A stretch of 64,000 nucleotides of DNA, taken from assembly GCA_964016885.1 (NCBI GenBank), contig OZ024743.1, positions 126,170,001-126,234,000 on the forward strand, in the 5' to 3' direction. The notes beneath the pieces are model-generated. The model did no database searches, was not told the DNA's origin, and saw only the letters and a program-made list of their open reading frames with translations. Made by a program: the position numbers and the translations under genes. Below, in pieces: positions 34,501 through 49,500 of the stretch. This stretch comes from Eledone cirrhosa. Its lineage: Eukaryota. Each line of letters begins with the position of its first letter. Position 1 is the first letter of the stretch.

Positions 34501-37500
34501 TTGGCTATACCAGTGCTTTAGCCTCACTATCAACTACAGTTATGTCGTGAGTATCTTGCCTTGACTCAAAAATCTTTAGAGGGAAACATTAGTTTCTCCT
34601 GTTGTAGCATGTAATGAGCTGCCAAAATATATTTTGCTTACACTTGCAATTACATTTTTATCCATAATAAATACGTTATATTTACATATAAACAGTTTAT
34701 ATTTAAAACAAAGAGAGACAGAGAAAAGTGGGAGAAGACCTTGCACAGTCAATTATAAACCACAACAGGAAAAGTATCTCTGAAGCCCGGAGGCTCATGA
34801 GGCCAGTGCTTATCCCAGTTTCCATGGCATAAAGTGACTGAGAGTACAAGACTCCCCCCTGAACAGGATGCCAGTCCATTACAGGGTTAAACCCCAGCTA
34901 TTGCTGGTACTCCTGTTTCGCTGAGTATACTGGAGCAACGTGAAATGAAGTGTTTTGTTCAAGAACACAACATACAACCTAATCCAGGAATCGAAACTAC
35001 GACATTATAAACGTAAGTCCAACAACCTTACCACTAGGTCACGTGATACAACCATAACAGAGGGTGCTGGAATTTCCTGTAACAATGTTTATGGAAGCCA
35101 ATACCCACACACAGTATTGCCACAGGTGATAGCAAGAATAACCAATCACTCTCACGGGCATCACCTGATACGCAGGTAAAGTGAGCCACCAGCAATGACA
35201 AAAACCTCGTTGTTACCAGACCAGCAGCCCTAAACGTTTCAAAAGCCACAAACTGGAAAAAATAGTTTGCCGACAATTCCAGGTATTGTGTATAATTGAA
35301 TGTGCGAGTCTTTGTTTTTGCTCTGTTTGTTTTTTCGGGATGTCTATTTTTATTGATTTATTCCTTATTTATAAATATGATAAATAAGTTTCTTTTTTTT
35401 TTGCTTCTAATTTTTAGTTGGGATGTGTACATCCTATGAAATTAATTCTTGTAACTGTTATATGAAGGTAGATCAAAGGGAAATAACTCTCAAAACGAAA
35501 AGAGACATCAATTTCTGAAAATCATATAAATGAAAATTATTAAAAACAAAATTAGAACTTGTTTTTTTTGCTCTAACATAGCGGATATGTAAATGTATTC
35601 GTGAGTTTTATATCGGATAATACTAATCATACTCGATTCGTTTGCAAGCAAACAGCCTCACTATGCCATGTTTTTTTTTTTTAAAGGCCCATCGTCATCT
35701 CCCTAATCTCTGAGCTACACACTCTGTCAAGTAACTTTACTCCAAAGATCCTTTGGAAATTGTTGATTGTTTCTGTCACAGCTAGAACAAAAGGATGGCG
35801 ATGGTCATCTAAAATACATAGTGTAATGAGGCTGTTTGCTTGTAAACGAATCGAATATTAAATCCCGCCGAGGTTAATTTTGCCTTTCATCCTTACGGGG
35901 TCGATAAAATAAAATACCAGTAATGCACTGGGTAATTGCTGGCTTTGTGCCAAAAGTAGAAACAATTATTATTTGAATTAAAAGTCATAAATACATTTAT
36001 GTATCTGCTATGTTACAGCAAAACCAAATTCTAATTTTGCTTTTAATTTGATGATGAAGATAACCAAAATCGAACCAAGGAAATTATGTTTCCATTGCTC
36101 TTTCTCATCACTGATATTATCTGTTGGTTGCAACTGTTCTTTTCAAGTGACAGGAGAGATTTAAACACAAAATGTACAGAAATGGAACAGGTATTCCAAT
36201 GACAAAATAAGCCCTAATGCAGCTTATTCAATCGATTTATTCTTTCTCCATACAATTAAATGTATGGTATTCTGCCACCATACAAAATTATATTTAGTGG
36301 ATTAAATCCTGCCGAGGTCAACTTTGCTTCTCATCCTCTAGGAATCGATGAAATAAAGTACCAGTCAAATACTGGAGTCAATCTAATTGACTTTTACCTC
36401 CCTTCAAAATTGCTAGCCTTGTGCACATGTAGAAAGAATTATCATAATTAGAGTTTTTAAAACATTGGATAAAATACTTTACAGTATTTATTTATAGCTC
36501 TTTATTTTCAAATCCCACTAAGTCAACTTTGCCCTTCATTCTTCCAGTGTCGATAAAATAAAGTAAATAAAGTACCAGTCAAATACTGGGGTTGATTTAA
36601 TCAACTTCCCTTAAACTGCTGGCCTGATATCTAAATTAGAAACTATCATTTGAATAAATTATCTCTATTATAATATTTTATGTTTCTGAAGAAATCAATC
36701 TGAAGTAGTGTTGCTGCTACCCATTCATTTATCACATAGGTCAAAGCAGAGGGAAAGAAAGTTATGATACCTACCTTCACATAGGGCAATACAGTTTATG
36801 TTATCACTCTGTAGGAATCTATTTTTATGCTGTAAGAAAAAAAAAAAAACTTAAGTCATCATCATCATTATCATCATCATTATCATTATCATTTTATTGT
36901 CTATGTTCCCATGCTTGTCCTTTCCAATACAGCTTGCCTTCACTTGTCTCTCTCTTTTTTTTAAATCTTTTTTTTGTGAAGTTCAGCACTATGGATCTTC
37001 CACACCAGGTGCCAATTTTTTCCAGTTTAATCTTTATTGTTGTCAATGTTTTGTATTCCTTTAGGGAGGTGTTGATCACTTTGATTTTCGAGGTGTTTGA
37101 TGTCATCTGCATATACTGACACAGCTCTTTCACATCCTGGTTAAAGCAGGATGTCCTTCATCAGCTCCAACATTTTATATCCCCCAAAATATAGTACATT
37201 CTTTCTCTGAAGTATGGTAGGGTCTTACCTGAGGTATAGTTGTTGTATTTGGTGCTGTATGAAATGTGTAGAAGCCATGACCCATCTTAGAATAGCGAAA
37301 GGATATGCTGGAGATTGGGCTCAAGTATATCCCTTTACCGTAGGCTGCACCATTCACCTGACAAGAAATCACAGCAGAGTTTAATAATTAGCTTAACCGT
37401 TTCATCATCATATTTCTAATGAAACACACTGTCTATGGTTTTAGAAACAATAAAGAATTTGGAGGGGTTAGTGATATATCTCACTTTCTCATTATTAAAC

Positions 37501-40500
37501 TGGTGAGGTCAACTTTGTCGTTCACCCTTCTGTGGTTGATAAAATAAAGTACAAGTATAATACTGGTGTTAGTATAATCGACTTTCCCCTTCCCCAAAAA
37601 ATTGTTGGCCTTGTAGCTAAATTAGAAATCATTATTAAGCTGGTGTTTTGGAACACAACAAAGCTTCTCACATAAAATTATTATGAATAGCTTTTTAAAT
37701 AAATATAAACACTTTGAAATAAACATATTTCTATTGTAGAACCATGTTAAAATTTGTTTCTAAACGTTGGCACAAAGTCACAAATACTTTGGGGTTGTAC
37801 AATACAATAGATTATTAACCTTTTCATTACCATATGTCTAATGTACAACATGATATACAATATGATTTCTTGAATAATTTTGAAGATAATCAATATTTTG
37901 GAACGATTTAGTAAAATAACTAACTTTATCTTATTAAGTTGACGTTTGAAGCATAAGGTTCTTAAATAAAATTTTGATAGAAGGTTTTTAGATTAATTTA
38001 AATAATTTTGTATCCTAGAACCAAGAGCGGTTTCAGACGGTTGGTATTAAAAGGGTTCAATCTACTCCAGTACTTCACTGTTAATTATTTTATTTACCTC
38101 GACAGGCAAAATTGATACCAGTGAGATTTTAAATCGGAATATAAAAATGCAATTAATGTACCTATATAGTCGTGTATAAGTTACACTTCTATTTTTGCAC
38201 ACAACCAGTCCACACTGTAAGGGGGTAGAACTGGTGCCACAACAAAATGCTACTAGTGCATAATATAAAGTTGTTGGTGTTAGGAAGGGTATCCAGTAGT
38301 AAAAATCACGCCAAACAACAGAGAAGATGTAGCGAGGAAGAAAGATTATTAGCAACAGAATATGATGATATGGTATAAATAAAACAGGAAATCAAAAAGT
38401 AAGAGTTATTCCCCTGTTTTGTAATGGAATGAGCTATTTTTCAGAAACAGAGTTTGATATCTAATTCTTTAAGAGGTAAGCTGCTTATTCTCTAAATTGC
38501 TTTTTGTAATGCCTAGACAAGTAGTATCAAGTAGACGTGGAACAAATGAAGATGTCTGTGTCCAACGTATTTTTCGATCGGCTCATAGATTGTATCCGTA
38601 GTCAAACGGGATATAATTCTAAAATACAAGGAATTATCAGCAAAATTATAATTTAGAGTCTATAGTGTTTGAGACGTTTGGGTGAGATGAACCACTGACA
38701 ATAAGGTTCTTGTCATTGTTGGTACCTCGCATTACCAAAATATCACGTAAGACCTATGAGGGTGCTTTGGTTATTCAAACGTTCTAGCCTTGCTCTCACC
38801 CACAACAATACCGTGAGTGTATTTGCTTCCCTCAAATATCATTTGAGGGGAATCTCCAGCCCGCCTTGTTGTGATCTGTAATTGAGAGTGTGTCTCTTCT
38901 CCCAATTTTTGTTTTCCTTTCCTCTGATTAGTTTCTTACTGCCAATTGTTAATCTTTTAATAATTCGTCATCATCCTTTTTAAACGTTTTTCAATGTTTT
39001 CATGGGTTGGACGGGTCTTTCCCAGCACAGCTCCCCTCTACTCATGGCACTCTTTCATCATTTCATATGTGAAGTTTAATGTTTTGCGATCTGTTTTCAC
39101 TACTTCTGCTCAGGTTTTCCTTCATCTTCGTCTACCACGTAGAACTCCTGGCACTTTTTCACTCAATGATCATCATCTATATTTATTTATTTATCTATTT
39201 ATTCAATTTAAACGTCCATATAGAGTTAGTAAGCCACGACAGACTAGGGGAAGTATTAAGTACTCCTTACAGTTATTAATCAAAAAGAGCTAGTGAGACA
39301 ATAAAAAAGGAAAAAAATTTGAAAAAAGGGAAAAAATAAAATGAAATAAAAACAAAATTTCAAATGTTGAAGGCCAATGGGAGACAGATTATGCTTAAGA
39401 AAACGAAAAAGAAAAGAGAAAACAAGGGAAGCAGTAAAACAGCTAGAAGTTTTTGTTGTTGAATTTTTTCGTAGTCTCCATGCATCACATGGCGATACAA
39501 GCATAGTCTTTGCTCTTACACACTACCTTTAATTTTAAAATATTTACATTGTAGATGCAAGGTAAATGCTGAAGTTATGTATGTTTATCTGTATGAGGCA
39601 ATAAATCAATCAATCAATTTGCAAAAGAAAAAGACTGCTTTGCTTCCCTGCTTGGCTAATAAAAATTGATAAGTTAGGAAAGACCCAACTTGGGAAAGAC
39701 CCGTCTCAAAGGCTTACAACTGAATGGATTCTGCTAAATGCAGGGACTGGTGTTAAACTGGGTGATGGATTAAGTTTACCACTGAAGTAGGCCACAGTAA
39801 GGTTTGGATTCAGAATGCAAAAATACTGTAAAGCATCTCTTCCAATACACTAACAATTCTACCAATCTACCACACTGGACCGGTACTTTATTTTATTGAC
39901 CTTGAAACAATGAAAAGCAAAGAGCTGGAATATTGCGAAGTATCTCATCTGATGCTCTAACAATTCTGTTAATCCACAGCACTGGGTTGATAATTTATTT
40001 TATTGACCCCAAAATTAACCGAGGCCTACTATTTACCTTTGTTTTCTTTTTAGATTTCCTGTTCTAAACAAGTAGAAACAGCAGAATTAGAACATTCATA
40101 CATTAATATTGTTCCCACATGATACTAATTAATCCATTTCAATAAATGTACAATTGTAAATTGCAAAGGTTTTATGACATATAATAATATATTGAAAATT
40201 ATTGTGTACAGTGCTCAGGTGCACAACTTATAATAAATATACTTATAATAAATTTCTTTCAAATGCATGCACACACACACGTGCACACACACACACACAC
40301 ACACGTGCACACACACACACACATACACACACACATGCACACACACAATACTAAAAAGAAAGTTTGGGAGAAGACCTGCACTTTTAATAACAACAAGGGA
40401 CACTGGAGTTTGGGCGACTGGACTGTTAATGTTAATATGATACTGTGATAACTTGTTTTCTATAAATAACTGAAACAAAATTGATTCTGAATTACCTGAT

Positions 40501-43500
40501 ATTTTGTCCCTGATGCATTGAGGAGACCGATTCTTAGTATTGAATGCCAATTCTCGATACTTGAGCCACTGAGTAACAAAGAACACAAAATTGAAGGTAC
40601 ACAATATAACAGACATGTGTTTACATATCAACAATGCTGATAATTCAATCAGTTATTGTATCACAAGGTCATCAATAATTTTGTACTTCAGAAATCTTAT
40701 GAATATTCATCTCTGCTTGTTATCTAGAGAGGTTTCAAAGTATGATCTATGAACCAGTTTTCAATTTGGATTTGCGACACTGGTTATATCTTTTTCCAGT
40801 CAAATGACCTGCTAGAAATAGCAGTCATATCCACCCCAAGTTACAACTACTGTTTCTAAAAATGGAAGGACACATTGGATAATAATAATAATAATGAAAT
40901 TATTGTGTAAAGTGCTCAGGTGCACTACAACTCGTCAAAGGTGTATGTATAGTACATAGAATAATACACAAATGTCAGGAAAGTACATGTGTGTATGTGT
41001 TAGCTGTAGTGTTGGCGGATCTCGGGAAGCATGGAGGCCTTAAAGGATGCAGTGTCTCGACAGCTAACAACTGATGCAGGTAGTTTGTTCCATGCTTCAG
41101 CAACTCTGAGCATGAAAAAATGTTTCCGAAAGTCATGGGAACTGTGCTGTTTTCTTACTTTGTGGGCATGTCCACGTGTGTTAGACACATGGAAATCAAA
41201 AAGGTACTCAGGGTTGTTGTTGGCAATGTATTCCTAGTTACATTATATCTGTGGTGTGGAGGGGAATCATAGGATATTTAGAGCTGGAATGCTTCAGGTT
41301 AAGTATCTGTGTGATCAGGATTGATCTAGAGTGAAACAACACTACAAAAGTCACCTTCTTTGCTCAATACTGAACTGATATTTGTTGTATTTTCATCATA
41401 TCTGCCTTTAAATTGTTTTCATCATATCTGCCTTTAAATGTTTTCTTTATTTGTCCATATATATATTTATTGTAAACTATCTGATAGGTCAGTAGCCCCA
41501 CTTGAGTACGGACTTGATCTGTGAACACCCACCCAACATTTGCTAGCAGGGAAAAATGGAGGTTAAAGGATTATAATTATTATGATAATGTTTCAATGTA
41601 AATTAAATACTTTGAAGGAGACAGTTTTGTATCATAAAACTAAGAGCAGTTTCAAGCAACTTGGTATCAAAAGGATTAAAGTTTTAAAGAGTTGGGTTCT
41701 ACACCTTATTTTTTATTTACTACATGATTGCTAAATAGTAAATTTTCTTTTTAATTTTAAATCATATCATCTAATTTATAGGTTTAGCATTACCTCTAAA
41801 TATAATCATCATAACTTTACAACTCCTTTTCCATGCTGGCATGGGTTGGACATGAATATATGTTAGTCATTTAGAGTCACAAGTGTGGTGAACGAAAAAA
41901 AAAAGAAAATCAGTGGAAGATTTTATTGACTTTCAGGAACTGAATGTCATGAAGAAGATGACATAGAACCAAGCTGCTGACTGGCAATATGCCATAATCC
42001 AAAAGACCCATCTACCTGTACAATCATTGCAACACTAAAAGTAAATGTGGTGAGAGACTGGAGGCTACAATGCTGGCAATTGAAAGAAGTCAATATAGGG
42101 TTTGAATCATATGACAATCTCTCTAGTGTTGGTGCCACAAAAATATATCCAGTGGACTCTGTAAAGTGATAGTGATGGTGCCCCGACAAACACACCCAGA
42201 ACACTCTGTAATGTGGTTGGTGTTAAAAATGGTATCTAGTTGTAGAAACCATACCAAATATGGAATGTATGAGCAAGTTGAAATTGCTTCAACCTATCTA
42301 GTCATGGACCATGGCAACCTGTCCAACCCATGCCAGCATGGGAAACAGATGTAAAATAATGATGATGGTAATATCAAAACTAATATGATGAGAACTCACT
42401 GGAATGCAAATGTGCTGCCATGTCTGTCCCTTGCTGTGCGGAATATTTCTTCTTTAGCTGGCGCTGCACTGAGCAGTAAAAACTGGTGGTTGGTGTGCAT
42501 AAATGACAGTTGCTGAAACAACAAAGAATTACTTTATATCACATGAATGATAATCACCAAGAAGTAAACAACAATAACAACAACAAGCATTTTAAGGCCA
42601 CTTTCCATACTAAAACAAGGGTTAGCCTTTTAGGCCCTATCATACGTTTCATATTCCCCATGGAGTCCGTTTCGTGGCAATGGTTTATAGTCAGATGCCC
42701 TCCTTGATGCCAACCCTATTAGTTGACTCTTTCTCACAAAGACATTAAAATAAATATTTAAAAGTAAAAGTGTCATCAATATTGAAATAAGGTTTGAGAG
42801 AGAGAGAGAGAGGGTAAGGGAGAGAGAGAGAGAGTAAGGGAGAGAGAAAGAGAGAGAGTAAGGGAGAGAGAGAGAGAGGGTAAGGGAGAGAGAGAGAGTA
42901 AGGGAGAGAGAAAGAAACAGAGTAAGGGAGAGAGAGAGAGAGCACCCACACAGTATCATACAGAGATACAATTTATTTTAAACCAAATAGGCACAACACA
43001 GTCAACAAGAGGAAAATTACTGGAATATCACAATTAACATATTGTCGTTGTCGCTGCCACATCTTTTATTTATTTAACCCTTTCATTACTGGATTTCTAA
43101 TGAAAGACATTACCCATCCCTCCCTCTCTCTCTCTTCCCTCTCCTTCTCCTCCTCGACACCAGCCCATACCTTATTGTAAGTATGACATATTTTGTGAAC
43201 AATTGTATTGCACTGCAATGCTGCAGGGCATACTATTTATGAGAAGTGGGTATAATCAAGAGTGTTGATAAAATATTTGCAGTGACTGACACACATATAC
43301 ACATATGACAGGCTGCATACAGGTTCTGTTTACCAAATTTCACTCACAAGATCAGTCTGAAGCTTTAGTTGAAAACACTTAACCAATGTGCCACACAGGG
43401 AGATAGACCTCAGAACATGTAGTTGTGAAGTGAATTCATGAACCATACAGCTATGCATGCATCTAACTACAACTATGCAAAATTCAAGAAAAAAACATCA

Positions 43501-46500
43501 ACAACAATAAACCAATGGATCATATCTGATTAAATTTATACTGGACTACACCTGACCTGGGGCTAAACAACAAGTACCGGGACAAATATAACAATCGTTG
43601 TGGTGATGTCAAATCAGCCAATTACAGTAATTACTAATATCTAGAATAGACAAACCCACAAAGATGTCAGAGAAGGAAATTAATGCCTTTTAAACTCTAA
43701 GTCTGAGAATAATAATTAACATCAGCAGAACAGATCATGTCACTAACCAATATATATATATATAAGCAGAAAAAATACCTACCCACTAGTTAATACAATG
43801 ATTTATTGGTAGTTACCACTCATTGGATATTCTATTAGAAAAAGCAAGGAAGATTTGATTCAGCAATAATATCTGTAAGTCCCACAACACGGACAAAGAA
43901 ACAGTGGCAGATAGAAACCAAGCTACGTGAAGTATATTGTTGGTTGCCTTAGTTATGATGTTTGAGTGGCATGGAGATCTGTTGCTTAGGTTGCCTCTTG
44001 TTTCTCCATATGAGGATGAACAGAGCTGACTGAGAAACAAGCAAGATTGGTATTTATTTTATTGCCCCAAGAAATAGTGTAAGGTAAAATTGCCATTTCT
44101 ACTGCTACTACAATGAGTTGGCTAGTCTGATGCCACTTCCATTCAAGCACTCTTCACTTATGATTCTTCCTATCAATCATGTTGTGTACAATCTCCCAAA
44201 CCCTGCACTAACTACTATGCGTGGGTCCTGAACTAACCACTACACCCAATCCTTCTTGTCCAGAACATTTGCCCTCCGGAGCTTCCCTCTTTCTCATGTT
44301 TTTCTTGAAAGCATCAATTTTCATCATTTTAAGCAGAACATCAACAGCATCAGTCACAGAGCCTCAAAAGGTCATGGGCAATGCCCCTTCCCCCAAAATT
44401 AACAAGTAATAAAAAAGAGTTGGCTGTAGCAGGATTTAAATTTGAATGCAAGCTATTTTGTCTGATTTACTAATTGCACGAAACTACTCTATATTTTTAA
44501 TGATTCTTGTAAACATTTTCTTTCATTATTTGGTAATGCAACCAACTTTTGATTCCTAATGGAGTGATTTCAACTGAAACATTTAAGATTGAAATCAACA
44601 GAGGTTTCTGCAAATGAACTTTTCCTTAACAGAGTATAACCAAAGGGTGGTATACTTACATCTGTTGGTGGCAGTTTAACTATATGGGATCTGTTGCTTG
44701 TGATAATCCTGAAAACAAAAACATTAGAAGAGAATACTGAGCAAATATAAAACATGATATAAAAGAACAAAATATAATTCTGGATTTATCACATTTTTCA
44801 GTGTATAAAACCTACTTTTCCCCCAAAAAATTTGCTGTCAAAATCTGCCTGTGTCCTATACATTGAGGGTATGAATATAATAAGGGTTTTTAATTGAGGC
44901 ACAATTAGAATATTAATTGTATTATAAAATTCAGACCAAAATAGGTTTAAGAAGATTTTATAATAAATTGTCATTTTAAAAACATTAAAAAATAATAAAA
45001 ATAAGATTGGTACAATGCCAGCAATTTGGGAACTTAGGAAAGTCAATTAGATCAACCACAATACTTGACTGGAACTATACTTTATCAACCCTGGAAGGAT
45101 GAAAAGTAAAGTTGATCTGAGCAACATTTGAACTCCCTAATGATTCTGCCATTCTGCTACTTTTAAAGTATGAATATAATAATAATTGTTTCTACTTTTG
45201 GCACAAGGCCAGCAATTACCCAGTACATTACTGGTACTTTTATCGACCCCGTAAGGATGAAAGGCAAAGTTAACCTCAGCAGGGTTTGAACTCAGACCAT
45301 AAAGGGACACAACAATACTGCCAATCCACCGCCCTACAATTATATATATGTATGCATGGCCACAATCTAATGCCTGAAGAATAGAAAAAGAGCAAATCAA
45401 ACCACCTGAAACTAGGGTTTGAACTTTTGTTCCCAAGTTAGCTAAATAAATCATTGCGACCACACATGCTGACCTTTTCACCTCATTGATATTTAATTCC
45501 TTTATTTGGGACTCATGTCACCAAATTGTCTGGAGAAATGGTTTTCTAGAGGCCATCTGCTTATTGTCATAAGATAACAGCATCTTCATAAAATAGTCTG
45601 CTCTCTGCTGTCCAAGGCAGTTCGCTTCAGTTCACAAAAGACATCAAAACGAGGTAGTTATCAATAGATTTACTTCGACCTTTTAGGTCTCAGCCTTTAA
45701 GCCAGTGAGCTAAGACAGACATTCTATCAACAAAGGCTAGTTATATACAAAAACTCATTTACTACAAACATCCATGCCAAACCATCACACAAACACTCAC
45801 ACTATTTTACTGTGAATATCTTTATTTTTCCTATATTGTCACAATAACTTCGAAGCAAGTTATTACTTAATAAAAGTATTAAAGCAGTAGATCTTGTTTA
45901 TCGTTCATTCATTACAGCATTCCACACAGCACTTTATACGGGACAGATCGATTTACACATTTCTCCATTGAGCCAACATTTACTACTACAGTTCCTGCCA
46001 CACATTACAATGAACTACTGACCAATTCATTCAACAACAAATCAATTCATATACTTGCTACAACTACTTCTGATTCTATGATCTAAAACTATTTGTTTAA
46101 AAATGTTTATATTTATCTAAATACCTCCCATTATAATTGTATGTGAGAACATTTGTTAAGTTACATTCCTCAAACCAGCTTAATGAGAAAGTTAGCTATA
46201 TTACTAAATCCTTACAAATTCTTGATTATTTTCAAAATGATCTGAAAATCATAAATAGTGTTTTTTCACTAGAAATATGGTAACGAAAGAGTTAAGCAGT
46301 AGGATTCCTTCCAGTCATTATCTGACATCTTGTTCTTTGTGAAATTTTCTGCATTGGTCCATATTTTTTGCAGTCATCCAGTTGTTTAATTCTAGAGCAC
46401 TTCTTAATCTGTGCATAAATACGCCGTTGGTTTCCATATTCCATTTTCCTGGCACTTTGTCAGTTTGAAAATAAATTTGGTCATTAGCTATTGTCAATCC

Positions 46501-49500
46501 ACCACTAGTTGCCCTTGTATTGAGAATGTTGAATTATGATTGATTTATTCATCTATGGATAATGTAGGTGTCACGACAAAAAAACACACAGTCCACACTG
46601 TAATGTGGCTGTGTAGGTAACATGGTAAACAGTTCCCAGTCCACACTGTAAATGTGCTTGCTGTTAGGAAGGGCATCCAGCCATAGAAAACCTGCCAGAT
46701 AGTCCTATACGAGTGAAACATGGTCACCCGACCAATCTTGCCTCAAGTGGGACAACTCCCGTCTAACCCATGCTAGCATGGAAGATAGACGTTAAACAAT
46801 GATGATGATGATGATGATGAATCATTAGAAGAACATAACTGAAATTTGGACTTCTATAAAGTGAATAATTATTAGAATAACAATATTTGAATTAAATGTA
46901 TATATAGGTATGTGACAATCATCACAACCTTAACATTCATAGTGAAAGGCCTTCCAAATGTTTTTCATAAGCATCCCGTATATTATTAAATATGTACAGC
47001 CACCGGAAAAACATCTGTGAAATAAACAGCTCCATCTATCTGCTTAGCTAACTACCTCACCATGAAACAAACAACCCTTAAGCCACCAAAATAAAACGCC
47101 TACACAGCGGCTAAACATCAAGCGATTATTTTTGTATAAATAGAGTGGTTCCAAACACTTTCGCTAGTCGACCTTTGGCAGAGTCAGCTAGCGTATCATT
47201 GTTCCTCTCCTCTGCCACACTTGTCACTCACACATGCCTTGACCCTCTCTATTGTCGCTTCATGTATGAAAATAAATAGCTGATCGAAACTAGATCTCTC
47301 GCCTTGCTCGTCCTTTCAACTTCTTCCTTCGTCTGTTCATCCTTACCGTGTGTAACAACAGTCCTTTTAAGAGCTATCCTCAGACCCGATCAGACCGTAT
47401 GCGCTAAGTCCTTTTAAGGGCTATTCTCAGACATGATCAGAAGTAGTGACCAGACCGACTAACTACGTCACTACAAATACATACATTCCTATGTATATCG
47501 CTATTTCAGAGGACCAATACAAATCTCTAATTGATGCTGGGCCAACTCCCACTCCGTATGCAAATGAGTTTCATCAGCGCATAAACATAAGCTGAATTCT
47601 ATGAGAATCTAGCTTAGTTTAGCTTCAGAAAAGCCAGGGAGATATGTAGTGATAACCACTAATGAGTCAGAAACGGTGACATTGTCACATACCTAGCTTT
47701 TGCTGAAGCTAGGTATGTGATGATCATCACAACCTTCCAAATGTTTTTCATAAACATCCTGTATATTATTAAAAATAAGCTGTTGCATTTGGTATATTTT
47801 TGTCTTTCCTACCGTCCTTTCATTTTTTTTCTAGCAATGAAGCATTTATCTTTTCAACCAATCAAATGACAGAATAATCTGTTTTGCGGTCTCCTACAAA
47901 ATTTGATCAACTTCAAATTCTTTAATAATTTTCTTTATTAAATATAATGGTTTTTACATTGACAACTATTATAAGTAGATGTCTCTTCCCTATGAAACCT
48001 ATACAGATGAATTGGACAATAATAATTCAATCCTGCAATGATGCAAAGACTCACCATTGCAACAAAGGATATGCTAAACGATTCCTTTCATCCATAATTT
48101 TCTGTAAATCTTTACCAGAGTTCCATAACATCTCTGACATTGTTGGAAACACTTTTAATATGGATTTCACCTTTTTGTAGTCTTTATGCTGCAACAGAGA
48201 GATAGGTGAGATTATTGAATGGAATGAGAAGAAGGAGGAGGAGGAGAGACTATTTCAAGAATTATTTGAAAATGCAAATCTCTATCATAATTGTTTCTAC
48301 TTTTGGCACAAGGCCAGCAATTATTCCAGTATATTACTGGTACTTTATTTTATCGACCCTGTAAGGATGGAAGGGGCAAAGTTAACCTCGGCGGGATTTG
48401 AACTCAGATCGTAAAGGGACATAACTATGCTGGAAAGCATGTCCGACACTCTACCGATACTGCCAACTCACCTATCATAATTGTTTCTACTTTAGGCACA
48501 AGGCCAGCAATTACCCAGTGCATTACTGGTACTTTATTTTATCGACTCCGTAAGGATGAAAGGCAAAATCAACCTCGGCGGGATTTGAACTCAGATCGTA
48601 AAGGGACGTAACTATGCTGGAAAGCATGGTGTCCGACCCTCTACTGATACTGCCACCTATCATAATGTTTCCTTTATTTTTACTTTTTTTACTTTAAAAC
48701 AATTTTTGTTTCATGCAATGTCTCATATGGATTGTCCATAAAATATAGTTAAAAGTTTCTGAGATCTTTTGAAAAAATTATATAGAGGTTGTGTGACAAA
48801 ATATGTCTATCAACTACTCAGTTAAGATAATACCTGAAAATAGTTATGTTTAGCTATCTAAGATACTAATTGAAATTCTGTAGAAATAACTAAGATAAAA
48901 ACTGTATAGTAATAATAATGAAATTATTGTGTACAATGCTCAGGTGGACTATAACTCATCAAAGGTGCATGTATAGTACATAGAATAATGTACAAATGAA
49001 GATAATTATGGATCAACAGAACTAAAATATTCTTTCTTGTTACAACAAAAGTACATGAATGCTTTTCAAAGGATTTCAATTTTATTGCAATAATTTTTTT
49101 TGTTTCTACTTTTGGCACAAGGCCAGTAATTATCCCAGTGTATTACTGGTACTTTATTCTATCGACCCCATAAGGATGAAAGGCAAAGTTAACCTCGGCG
49201 GGATTTTATTGCAATAATTGTTTCTACTTTTGGCACAAGGCTAGCAATTATCCAGTACATTACTGGTACTTTTATTTTATCGACCCCGTAAGGATGAAAG
49301 GCAAAGTTAACTACGGCGGGATTTGAACTCAGAATGGCAAGGTGCAATAATGAAAGTTGTTAACCCTTGACATCCTGTAATTATTTAGAAAAAATATCTA
49401 AATTTGGATTTGTTAATTCAAGTGTTTATAATATCTTAACTAGAGACATATCGTGAAAATTTGCAGTAAACTAGAGTAAATACTTTAGTTTGTAATATGA

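Noticed and set aside
37110-37170. Minus-strand CUGAUGA, 8-bp hairpin and GAAA just after a PARP exon
   Set aside because: Three extra bases before stem II, mismatched stem III and no stem I
47535-47590. Minus-strand CUGAUGA with AACUC/GAGUU stem
   Set aside because: Followed by GGCCC instead of GAAA
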